From NCBI RefSeq assembly GCF_009914755.1, contig NC_060931.1: DNA of 64,000 nucleotides; one strand, given 5' to 3'. This document shows positions 33,771 to 43,665 of the stretch, one piece after another (the first letter of the stretch is position 1; every line of letters starts with the position of its first letter). The translations under genes were made by a program, and so were the position numbers. Under the pieces are notes generated by a model. The model was not told the DNA's origin and made no database searches. It saw nothing but the letters and a program-made list of their open reading frames with translations. Origin of the DNA: the human T2T-CHM13v2.0 reference genome, Homo sapiens.

Positions 33771-34968
33771 GACTCTCATCTCTGGAGATATTTGCCAGTT
33801 CTGGCTAACAGTCTGGGTTTGGTGTAGCCAGAAACTTGCTCCTCAGGGAAAAAAAAAAATCCAAATGCTTTTAGCAGTTGCCTAGTACTGAGTGACAAAA
33901 GTGGACATTGGAGGTAACTCAAATTCATTACTGATTTTCCCTAAGGAGCTAGATAAAAGGCTTACAAAGGGCAGAGTGACATCTCCCTCTAGCTGATGGT
34001 GCTTGGGAAACACAGACACACTGTAGAAGTGGACTGGAATCAAACTAGGCAGGAGACGAAGGCCTAGAAGGAATAGTGAATTGACATTGAGAATCTACAG
34101 CCTCCATTCACCTGTGGGCACTTATCATTCTGTGCACGGCCAGAGTCTAAAAATTCAGATATGTTCCCTGGAAAAAGGTTGCAGCTAGAATAAAGAAAAA
34201 GCAAACATTTGACCATTCATGTAGGTGAGTGGCTGGTATCATGACAAAAGTAGTTGTGTGTGGCTTCCAAGATTAGGTGATAGAAAGAATTGAGGCATTC
34301 CCTTGCTCGGGCTTGGGCGATAATCCAAAAGACAAAAGACATAGTCCCAAAAATGTAATTCTGGAAAAAATAATTTAAAAAAAAATTAAAAGACATTTGT
34401 TTACATTTTTTAAAACGGATTTGTTTGAGAAACATTATATCTACAGAACATTTTGTAGGCCACTTTATACAATAAAATAGGCAATAATGACATACACATT
34501 TTTGCAAGCATAAGCACTCAGGTATACTAACGACAGTTGCACAGGTGTAAATAACAGTTATGAGCAAACAAACCATATTCATAAAGAAATAGGTCAAAAA
34601 GCAAAATGTATATCACAAATGCAGACATCCAAAAAGGACATCTCTTCATTTATTGAGGAAGTTTCAATGTTTTCATGCACACACACACAAAGCTTACACA
34701 CAAAATCAGTGTTGCAAAAATATACTTTTGTGAAGTCAGATTTTTGAAAAATGTATAAAACAAATTATAACTCTAAGTCTTGACATAATTCCTGTATTGG
34801 AAATGGAGGTATAAGTTAGCAAATTACAAAAAGTAATGCTCACAATTTAAAATCGTGGACAAAAAACTAAAAAGATAATTGTACATATGAAAAAGTATAT
34901 TATGGGAATAGGTTATAAGCTATTGGGATGAACTAGGCCATAAGAGTTGGCTGACTTTCACAATTATT

Positions 34969-37900
34969 TAAAATTTTATATATTTATTTACTTTTAATAT
35001 TTTTATGTAATAAAAAGTAAAAGTTCTTGTCCAGCCATCCTCATGGGGCATCTGTCTGTCTCTCACACAGGTCACTCAAGTTAATGGGAAATAAAGAACA
35101 GGGGGCCTAAGTCTCAGGTTATAAATAATAGAAAATAAAAGATCTTCTGTGTCCAGCAGGGAAATAGATGAGAGGATGGGAGGGCAGTACTGGGTGGGGA
35201 CAGGCAGGGGCAGAGCAGGAACCCCTCAACCCCGCTGGACCCTGGCGCTGCCCTCTGTAGGCCCCTCCTATTCAAGGTGCTTGGCAGGAATTCCCCAGCT
35301 CCCCTGGGGAAAGGGGGGATGGGGAGCTGGGAGTAGTCTGAGCTGCTGGGGGAAGAGACATAGACCATTCTTCTCTCCACTCATGGAGGTCTCAGATCGC
35401 GGCCAGGAAAATCTTCAGTTCCCCGGTGGAGTGGAAGGGGAGCTGCTGGGAGGGATAAGATTGAACTCCACCAGTAAGTCAGGAGACAGTCGGGGTCACT
35501 GAGAGCTTGGGGGTGTCCAATGTAGGGGTAGGGTAAGGGTGTGGAAGCTGAGAATGCAGGCACCCCACTCTGGGGCACTGCACTTTGCGGGGGGGTGCCC
35601 ATGACTCGGGGGTGGGTGCAGCAGCATCACCTGGGGCGAGTGGGGCTGCTGTGATTCCAGTTTGGACATGGGCCTGGGGAACATGGGCCATGTTGGTGAA
35701 GCCGTGGGGCAGCTGCTTGTGGTGGATGGCATACACAGTGGCTGGCTGGGGGAAACCGCTCTGAGGGGACTGGGCAGAAGGTCCCAGTGGCAGAGAGGGC
35801 AGCATGCCTGTCAGGGCCCCTGGGTGGTACAGATTCTGCTGTGGCTGTCCACTGCCCAGGTGTGGAGCCACCCCCGCCTGATGCTGGACAGGACTGGGGG
35901 CTGCAGGCTGGTTCCCAGTAGGTGTGATAGCCGGCTGCAGCTGGTGGGCATGAAGCTGTGTGGCATAGTTTGGGTAAGCCTGGTGAGCAGTGACATAAAG
36001 GGCTTGGGGGGTGGGCTGCTCCACAGAAGGGTACTGAGGGGTGGAGGATGACACGATGACCTGGGGATGGCTGCCCAACATCAGCATGCGTGGGTTGCTT
36101 TGAAGCATGGGAGCAAACACCGGCTATGAGGGATAGTGGGCCATGGGCTGCATCATGGCAGGTGGGCCTGGGAGCTGCTGAGGGTTGTAGGGGATGTAGG
36201 AAGAATAGGGCGTGGCAGCCACCAGAGGTGAGCCAGCAGCCACCGTGGCGGGGCTGAGGCTGGCTGGTGTTGGTCCCAGAGCTGTGGTAGCAGGGAGCCT
36301 TTTGCTCCCCAGTACTTGCCCTGCTGCCCAGACACTGAATTGGATACAGGGTATGGATACATCTGAGGTGCCTGCACAGCTGGTCCCATCTGGATCTGAG
36401 GTGTGTAGGAGATGTACTGGGTGCTGTATAGCCCACTCTGGCCTGCCGTCAGCACTGGGATAGAGGGAGTTGAATGAGTCTGAGGCCCTGGAGAAGTTGG
36501 GATACTGGTGGATTTATTCACAGACAGCAGAGGCTTTGTGGGATTGAACTCCTTGGTATTGGGGTTCAACGTTGATTTCTTGTTCAGCAATAGGGCCCTC
36601 ATCCTTGTCCTCTCCTTTGATGAGGCCAAAGGGGAGGCTGCCGGTTTGGCTTGGGCAAGGTGGTGGGGGCGGCTCTGGCCCCTCAGTGCCTCCTGCTGGT
36701 GCCAGGGGTGGTTTGTCCTCCTTATCCGATACAGACTCTGTCTTGGAGGAGACGGGGGACCCCATGGGCTCTGAAGTCAACAGACCATCATCCTCCTTCT
36801 CCTTTCCTTTGGCCTCCTCCTTTAAGGTCCAGGGAGGAAAAGGATCCAGGCTGTTCTCAGGGGAACTACTGGGCTGAAGATTAAACTGGGCCCCACACTT
36901 TCTCAGTTCTTCCAGATGGAATAGTTTCTGTTCATTCTGAAGACCAGGGACTTTCTCAGCTATCTGAGCCAGCTACTGGGGATCCAGGGTTCTCCCAGGT
37001 TCCGTGGTAGAGAGTTCTTTTACATCTGTGGGGGCCAGGGAGATCTTTGGAGAAGCTGAGGAAATGTAGCCCATTCCAGGATCTGAGACTGATGAGGTCA
37101 CAGGGATGGAGGCTGAAGAGGTTGGCACTGCTAAGCCGATGGGAAGCTCAGGACAGGAAGGTGAGATTGGGGCAGGGGCAGCAGACCTGGGAGAACTCGG
37201 GGGATACATCCGGCCCACTGCAGGAGGAGGAACAGAAGTTTCTCCGGAAGGCCTATTATTGGGCGAAGACAGAGTCTTGGCACCTCTCAGAGGCCTCTGT
37301 GCCTTTGGGGACATGTGGGAAGGGCCTCCATTGATACCACGGGCCTCAGAACCTGGGCCAGGATTGCTATTGTCCAGATGGCGAGGGCCACGAGGTGACA
37401 AATTGCTAAGGCCAGGCTGACTGCCCAGAGGGCTGCTGCGTCAAACTCCTCCCCGGGGACCTTCCTGGACTCGTTGAGGCAGAGGGATGATATACTTCCC
37501 CTTCCTGGATGCCAAGCTGGGGCTCTCCCGCCCCGAGCCCTGCCGCTGGACCGCCCTGTGCTTCTCCTCTTCAGTGCGCCCATCGTCGCTCTCCATGGCG
37601 ATCCGCAGGTGGTACTGGGGGCTTGATTCAATCTCTGGAGCCAACTGGGCTGCACGCAGCTCTCACAGCTGAAACTCTTTCGAGTTGTCCTTTTCTAAGG
37701 GCACCGTATAAGGAGAAAGACTGCTGTCATAGGTGGTCTTCACACCGTAGTTCTCTTCATTGAACTTGAACATTTCATTGGGGTCCCATCCATTGGACAT
37801 GTTGGACTCGAGGTCGTAGTTGTCGCTGTTGCTGTCACCCCGCTCCCAGCGCTGAAGCACCTTCTCTTTGTGTTCCCCATTCCCTTCGAGTTCATGGCGA

Positions 37901-38640
37901 TGGCTGAATCGGTGAACTTGTCTTTAGTAGCGTAGTTGAAGTCAGCATTTCGGAAGTGAACAAGCATGACATCACTTGGCTTAAACACCATGGTGTCTAC
38001 AGTGTCCTCCCGACGAGGGCCAGCTGCTGGCTCAGATGCTTTCTGGTGTACAATATCCTCTGCTAGTTCAAAATGTGAGCTCAGCGTCTTGAAGATACCT
38101 TCATAGGTGGTGCCATTTTTCACCTTTACATCACAAGTGGAGCCCACAACAGCTGTAAGGAAGTGCAGCATTCTGGAATTGTTGTAGACGCCTTCAAACA
38201 CAGGTGACTGCGGAGGTCCCTTTCCTGTGCTCTGTCCCCTGGCGCTGCCGATGGCAGCGGCCCCCGGCCTCTCGTGGTGCTGCTGCTGCGGTGGCGGCTG
38301 CGTGGTCAAGATGCTTTCGGCTCCCCAGCGGAGCCCGCTCCCCGCAGCCGAAGGCCCCAGGCAGGCGGAGGAGGCTGCGGGAGGTCGCGGTGGAGCTGCG
38401 TAGGAGGCATGGCCTGTTGCGTAGGGGGCGGCTACTGGGGCTTGGACAGCTGTTGTGGCGGCTGAGGCTTCAACATGATAGCAGCGTCCGGAAGAGGAAT
38501 TAAAAGGAAGGGAGGGAGAGAGGGGGCCGGGGCTGGGGCCCCGGGGGAGAGCATGGGAAGTGAGGGGGATCGGGAAGCCAGGCCTGCCATTGGCAGGCGG
38601 GGGGAGCCCCGAGGTGTCGGGGGCGGGTGGAGAGAACCCC
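34969..38640 (-). pseudogene. Processed pseudogene (retrocopy) of ATXN2L, near full length: 5'UTR, CDS from ATG 38476, 3'UTR
   Basis: Intronless chain of ORF fragments encoding the LSm domain (SRMLHFLTAVVGSTCDVKVKNG), LSmAD (NEENYGVKTTYDSSL), PAM2 (KKSTLNPNTKEFNP) and the Pro/Gln-rich tail. Many stops and frameshifts, first nonsense at codon 15 (38434-38432). A-rich 3' end at ~34970-35020. Candidate TSD aattatt (34962-34968) / aattctt (38641-38647). Confidence 0.96.
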
Positions 38641-38665
38641 AATTCTTAATTATATTTTGAAATGT

Positions 38666-39091
38666 TGATGCAGGATGTTTTTGCTCCTTAGTTCAGCTAA
38701 ATCCAGGTTCTCGTCTCACAACCAGGAAAAATTAGGCATGCAGACATGCTGAAAGGTGAGGAGGCCAGAATTTATTAAGTGAAAGGAAAGCTTTGAACAA
38801 AAAGAGGGGTCATGCACGCAGGTTTCCACCTCACAAATTGAATGCCAGGCCACAACACATGAGTTGAAGAGGTCAGCCTCCTCCCACCTGTAAGGCGCGA
38901 ATTCCTGGTGGCTCCACTCTATTCCACCAGTGCTTTTGGGCCTCCAGTTCCTTGTGGGCATGCCCAGGTAAGACCCTGTGCAGGTTCCCTTATCTGCACA
39001 AAAACATCTGGCATAAACACTTGTGGAGCAGAGATTCTCCAGGGACCCTTCTTTATCTGCATAGGCATTTGTCTGCATCCGACCTCTATCA
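38666..39091 (-). mobile_element. MER61-type ERV1 solo LTR
   Basis: TG...CA ends (tgatagagg...cctgcatca on the - strand), AATAAA, and GGGCATGCCC p53 half-site. Confidence 0.75.
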
Positions 39092-39466
39092 GTATTGCAT
39101 CTTGATGAATAGCTGCTTTTTTTTTTCTTTTAGGCATGGCTCTCCTTGTACAATATGTTTCCATTCATTCTTCTTTTTTTTATATTTTTATATTTGTCTT
39201 TTTTAATCTTTTCCCTTTTACATGAGATGATCATTTGACAAGCAAATGCTAGATTTGAAAGGGAAATTTCCAAGGATTATCCTTGTTAGGGCAGATTTCT
39301 CCTACATAGAACAGCTATGTAGCAGTAGCAAAAAAAAAAAAAAAAAAAAAAAAAAGCCGGGAGACCAGCCTGACCAACAGCATGTGGAGGGTTAGCCCAA
39401 TTCTTAAAAAAGAAATAAAATCCGGGCAGGGTGGGTGGCCCAGGCTTCACACCCAGCCCAGCTCAG

Positions 39467-40098
39467 TGAAGCCATGTCGTTGTCTGGGGTAAATACCTGG
39501 GGTTCATTGTCTCACCAAGGAAATCCGGTAGGCAGACACAAGAAGTGGATTTAGGAGCAGACGTTTAATAGGCAGAAGAAAGAGAAAGGAGAACAGCTCT
39601 CTGTCTTGCGAGAGAGGGGCTTCCGAATGGGATTTCCAGCCCATGGCAGAGTGCACCGGATTTTACAGACAGGCTTGAGGAGGAGGTGTCTGATTTACAT
39701 AGGGCCCACAGATTGGTTGGACCAGGTGTGACATTTATATAGTGCTTTGGGAAGCTGGCTAACCCACCCTAATCTTATTATGCAAATAGACTTTCCACTT
39801 GGCCGTGCCATGTTGTCTGCTCCCTACTGCACAAGTGGTTGGAAAGGAAAAGGGGAGATGGAGCCAGCATTTTGAACATTCCTAGTCCCAGGTGGCCTTT
39901 TCCTATTGGCACAGCTAACGGCATTCACCCTTGCAAGCTTCTGGCTTGCTTGTCTGTGTCTGCAGCTCGATTTTACAGGCTGCTCTTTATTAGAAAATAA
40001 AATAATTTGGGGATGCTTTTCATTAAAAGGAAAACCTTACTGAGGACTTCCTTACTCTCACTATCTGCCTAAGTTATTTCTTCTTAACACCTATATCA
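39467..40098 (-). mobile_element. ERV1 solo LTR (MER51-like) inserted in an old Alu
   Basis: TG...CA ends and perfect 4-bp TSD tcag (39463-39466 / 40099-40102); diverged Alu halves on both sides (~39356-39466, 40099-40210). Confidence 0.8.
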
Positions 40099-40316
40099 TC
40101 AGGAGGCTGGGGAGGCTGGGGCAGGAGGTCTGAGGATGTAGTGAGCTAGGATCATTCCCACTGCACTGCAGTTTGGGTGACAGAGTGAGACCCTGTCTCA
40201 AAAAACAAACATTGGTTTGTGTCCTCTGAGATGCAAAAAGAAAGAAAAAGAGAGAGTAAGAGAGAGAGAGAGAGAAAGGAAAACCAACCAATAAAAAAGT
40301 TAAAATTCTCCAATGA

Positions 40317-40680
40317 TGCAGCTATAAGAATGATTTTATGCCTTTTACAGTAGTAACATGGATGGAGCTGGAGGCCATTATACTCAATGAACTAACTCCA
40401 AAGCAGAAAAGCAAATATTGCACGTTCTCACTTATAAGTGGGAGCAAAACAGTGGGTACACATGGTCATAAAGATGGAAATCATAGATACTCGGGGACTC
40501 CAGAAGTGAGGAGACTGGGAGGGGGACAAGGGATGGAAAATTACCTGTGGGATACAGTGTTTGCTATGTAGGTATTAGGTACACTAAAAGCCCACTCCCC
40601 ACCAGAATGCAGTATGCTCATTTAACAAACAAGCACATGTACCCCCTGAATACTAAAAAAAAAAAAAAAAAAAAAAAAAA
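40317..40680 (+). mobile_element. L1 3' end fragment (L1PB/L1PA16-like) with poly(A)
   Basis: ORF2 C-terminus WMELEAIILNELT...FSLISGS, 3'UTR and A25 tail. Confidence 0.85.
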
Positions 40681-41047
40681 TCAGACAAATTGCTGTCTAT
40701 AGGGAGCAAATGAAAATCAAGGCCCTTTCAAAAAAGGGAAGTAGAATGAGGAAAAAAGCTTATTGATCCTCTTGTGATTGATCGAGACCATACATCTAGA
40801 TTGATCTCTATTCTAGGACTAGAAAAAATCTTCAGTGCACAGAGTTAAATACCGCAATGCTTTCTACAGTATTTTAAATCATCAGAGATTAGGAGCACTT
40901 CACTCAGCGGGGCTTGTACCACTAGAAAAGAGAGGCAGGTTCGTGAGATGCATCTGTCTCAAAATTTTTGTTTTCAATTCTTGTATTATCAGTATGCATC
41001 CGGACTGGAACATGGACTGGAAATAATCAACACCTCAAAAATATGAC

Positions 41048-41175
41048 CAGGCCGGGCATGATGGCTCACATAATCCCAGCAGTTTGGGAGACCAAGGTGG
41101 GAGGATTGTTTAAGCCCAGGACTTGGAGCATGGGCAACAGAGTGAGATCTTGTCTCAAAAAAATAAATAAATGAA
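41048..41175 (+). mobile_element. FLAM/Alu monomer; its tail is expanded into (AAT/AAC)n to ~41245
   Basis: ggccgggcatgatggctcaca...tgtctcaaaaaaa. Confidence 0.8.
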
Positions 41176-41536
41176 TAACAGCAAACAATAACAATGATAA
41201 TAACAAACAATAACAAAAATAATAACAATAATAACAATAAACAACTAAGTGGGAGTGAGCAAAGGTAAAAGGTAATTAAGATCACAATTAATTGTACTTA
41301 AAGAAAGTTTCTTTTTAGCCTGTCTCTGTCTGTCTGTCTGTCTCTCTCTCTCTGAGACAGGGTCTCCCTCTGTCACCCATGCTGGAGGGCAATGGCAGGA
41401 TCACAGCTCATTGCAGTCTCTACCTCCCCGGCTCAATCCATACCTCTAGTCCCAGCTACTTGGGAGACTGAGATAGGAGGATCACCTGAGCCCAGGGAGG
41501 TCGAGGTTGCAGTGAACTATGATAATGCACCTGCCC

Positions 41537-43025
41537 CCATTCATTTTCTACGTGGTGCTGCTCTTTTTAAAATTCTTCTATGATTCAATATACATTCACA
41601 GGAGCATTCCCTTTTAAATTTTCCCATATTCTGTACCATGCTTCTATGTTGTTTGGAGTGCTCAGAATCTGTTCTGTATGCACTTATAGACAGACCACTA
41701 ATTTGGCAGAAATGATATTGGTGATGGAACAGGAAAACTGTTGTGTAAGTGTTTTCCTGTCCTACTGTGCATAGAATTATTTTTGAACGAGTCAGTAATT
41801 TTACTGGCTTCTCCAGGCAAACACAGAGAAAGCTATTAAAAGCTCCTAGAATTTCACAGTTGGAAAGAATGCCAACGCAGACAAATTTCTAAACTCAAGT
41901 TTTTGTCATTGCTGTATTATGCGACCAATCCACTTATCTGATTTTTTTTTTTTTGCCAAAGCATTGGGCTGATTGGAAAAAACAAACTTTATTGATAACA
42001 CCTTGAAATTCACTTTTAGAAGGCTTGATCATACCTAATTCCAAATCTGTCATTATGGTTTGAGGATTTAGTTGGAATCCTCTTTTTTTTTTTCTGCAAA
42101 CTCCACCAAATCTTCAAATAAGCATTTGTAAAGTGCTTCACTTTTTGAAGTCATTAATACATAAATGAATGGATAAGCTCTGTAATTTTCAGATCCAATA
42201 GGGGCATGAATAGTACCTATCTGATTAAAAAACAGTGAGGACAGTTTTGAATATGCCATTTGATAACTTACAGGTCACATTTGGCAGCCTTCCAAATTAA
42301 CTGCCTGAGGAAAGTCTTGTGATTCACGTGAGTCCCTCAAATCTTATCATGAGTTCCTCAAACTGTTGATATACTGATTAATGCATAACTTACTGACATT
42401 GACAAGGACACTGATTTGTTTCTGAATCATAAGGTTTTGCTGATTTGTTTCTGAATTATGAAGTTGTATTGTCTTGCACCTAGAACATTTAAGCCTGTAT
42501 GTTGACATCTGTAGCCAATGATGTTAACCTCTGTATTGTACCCTCCAAAGAAAAAGGACAAGTCCAATATGAGGAGTCCCTCTCCCTTCTCATAAAATTC
42601 CTTCTAAAAGCATTCCAACTTGTAACAGACTTTGGAACATGCCTAACTTTGTTGGTGTCTTCCCATGTCCATCCTCACATTCAGTTTCCAATAAATTTTT
42701 ATCAAATTATTTCTGCCTCAACAGCCTTAATTTCGGTCAACACATCCATGAGCCAAAGTGAAGCATCTGCTAGTTTTTCTATGTTATATTTTCAATAGAA
42801 AAAGTCTATCTTCTTCAATAGTCAAATCGCTAAGAATAGCTCACCCTTTAATTTTTTGTAATGCTGGAGGCATCTCAAAATCAGCAAACATCTTTGGTTC
42901 AGAAGATCTCTGAACTTGAATTTTTTTCGTTCTCTGATGAAGGGCGTATTTTTAAAAAGGCAAGCATGGTGTTATGTGTGAAGGGGCAGGAGTAGTACAC
43001 AACTGAATAATCTGGCAGGAAAGAT
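41537..43025 (-). pseudogene. Decayed MULE DDE transposase coding sequence of the Ricksha element (split by the LTR at 42261-42742)
   Basis: ORF 42068..42259 plus hand-read motifs around the D, D and E catalytic residues; multiple stops and frameshifts. Confidence 0.85.
42261..42742 (+). mobile_element. MER4-group ERV1 solo LTR inserted in the Ricksha transposase
   Basis: tgataac...tcaaca ends, AATAAA near the 3' end, TSD catt/catc. Confidence 0.75.
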
Positions 43026-43027
43026 TT

Positions 43028-43325
43028 CTTTTTTTTTTTTTTGAGATGGAGTCTTGCTCTATTGTCCAGGCTGTAGTGTAGTGGCCCAATGTCAGCTCAC
43101 TGCAACCTCTGCCTCCCGGGTTCAAGTGATTCTCCTGCCTCAGGCTTCCAAGAAGCTGGGATTACAGGCACACATTCCCACACCCGGCTACTTTTTGTAT
43201 TTTTAGTAGAGATGGAGTTTTACCATGTTGGCCAGGCTGGCCTCAAACCCCTAACCTCAAGTGATCTGTCCGCCTCAGCCTCCCAAAATGCTGGGATTAC
43301 AGGAGTGAGCCACCGCACCCGGCCT
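43028..43325 (-). mobile_element. AluS inside Ricksha
   Basis: Poly(T) followed by the reverse-complement Alu dimer. Confidence 0.95.
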
Positions 43326-43384
43326 CATATTTTTTGCTTGCATTTTCATTTCTTTGATGACCTTTGAAAAACTAGAAACATTGA

Positions 43385-43665
43385 AGGCAGATCTTCCCCA
43401 CCCAATCCATTAAGACTCAGACACTAATCTCCTCTGGAAATTCCCAGGTACACTGAAAATAATGCTTTACCAGGTCGCTAGGCATTCCTTAATCCAGTTA
43501 AATTGACACCTAAGATTAAGTCCACAAGTGTACCCCTTGTTAGCTTGGCATCCATATGCATCTCCTTAAACCACACTTTATTTCCAAATAAGGACAATAA
43601 CAAGGTAATAGTTCTGCCTAATATGCTGCACTATCCTGTGTACAACTGTAAATGCACTAATTGTG
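43385..43665 (-). mobile_element. ERVL 3' internal end plus start of an MLT2B-type LTR, carried inside Ricksha
   Basis: ccagttaaattgacacctaagattaagtccaca is the reverse of the MLT2 5' end, followed by ERVL-like sequence; this capture is a known trait of Ricksha_c. Confidence 0.75.

Larger units (their letters stand above)
39175..41536 (-). other. Retroposed (TPRT-type) polyadenylated insert of unknown source, a mosaic of unique sequence and repeats
   Basis: TSD ccattcattcttct (39161-39174) / ccattcattttct (41537-41549); ATTAAA at 39207-39202 followed by an A-rich tail; Ricksha sequence resumes contiguously on both sides. Confidence 0.75.

Noticed and set aside
35479-38642. Long ORFs (213, 269, 300, 158 and 142 aa) as an intact protein-coding gene
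   Set aside because: They are frameshifted fragments or shadow frames of an intronless ATXN2L retrocopy with a nonsense codon at position 15. The 300-aa ORF starts at a non-ATG codon in the flank.
38655-39100. TSD for the MER61 LTR
   Set aside because: The flanks atgt and gtat do not form a clean 4-bp duplication, so no TSD is claimed.
41171-41352. (AAT/AAC)n and (TCTG)n/(TC)n arrays as a CRISPR-like or structured array
   Set aside because: Simple microsatellites derived from Alu/FLAM tails; no repeat-spacer architecture.
42410-42470. ~29-bp tandem duplication (ctgatttgtttctgaa...)
   Set aside because: Internal to an LTR, two copies only, with no evidence of a separate function.
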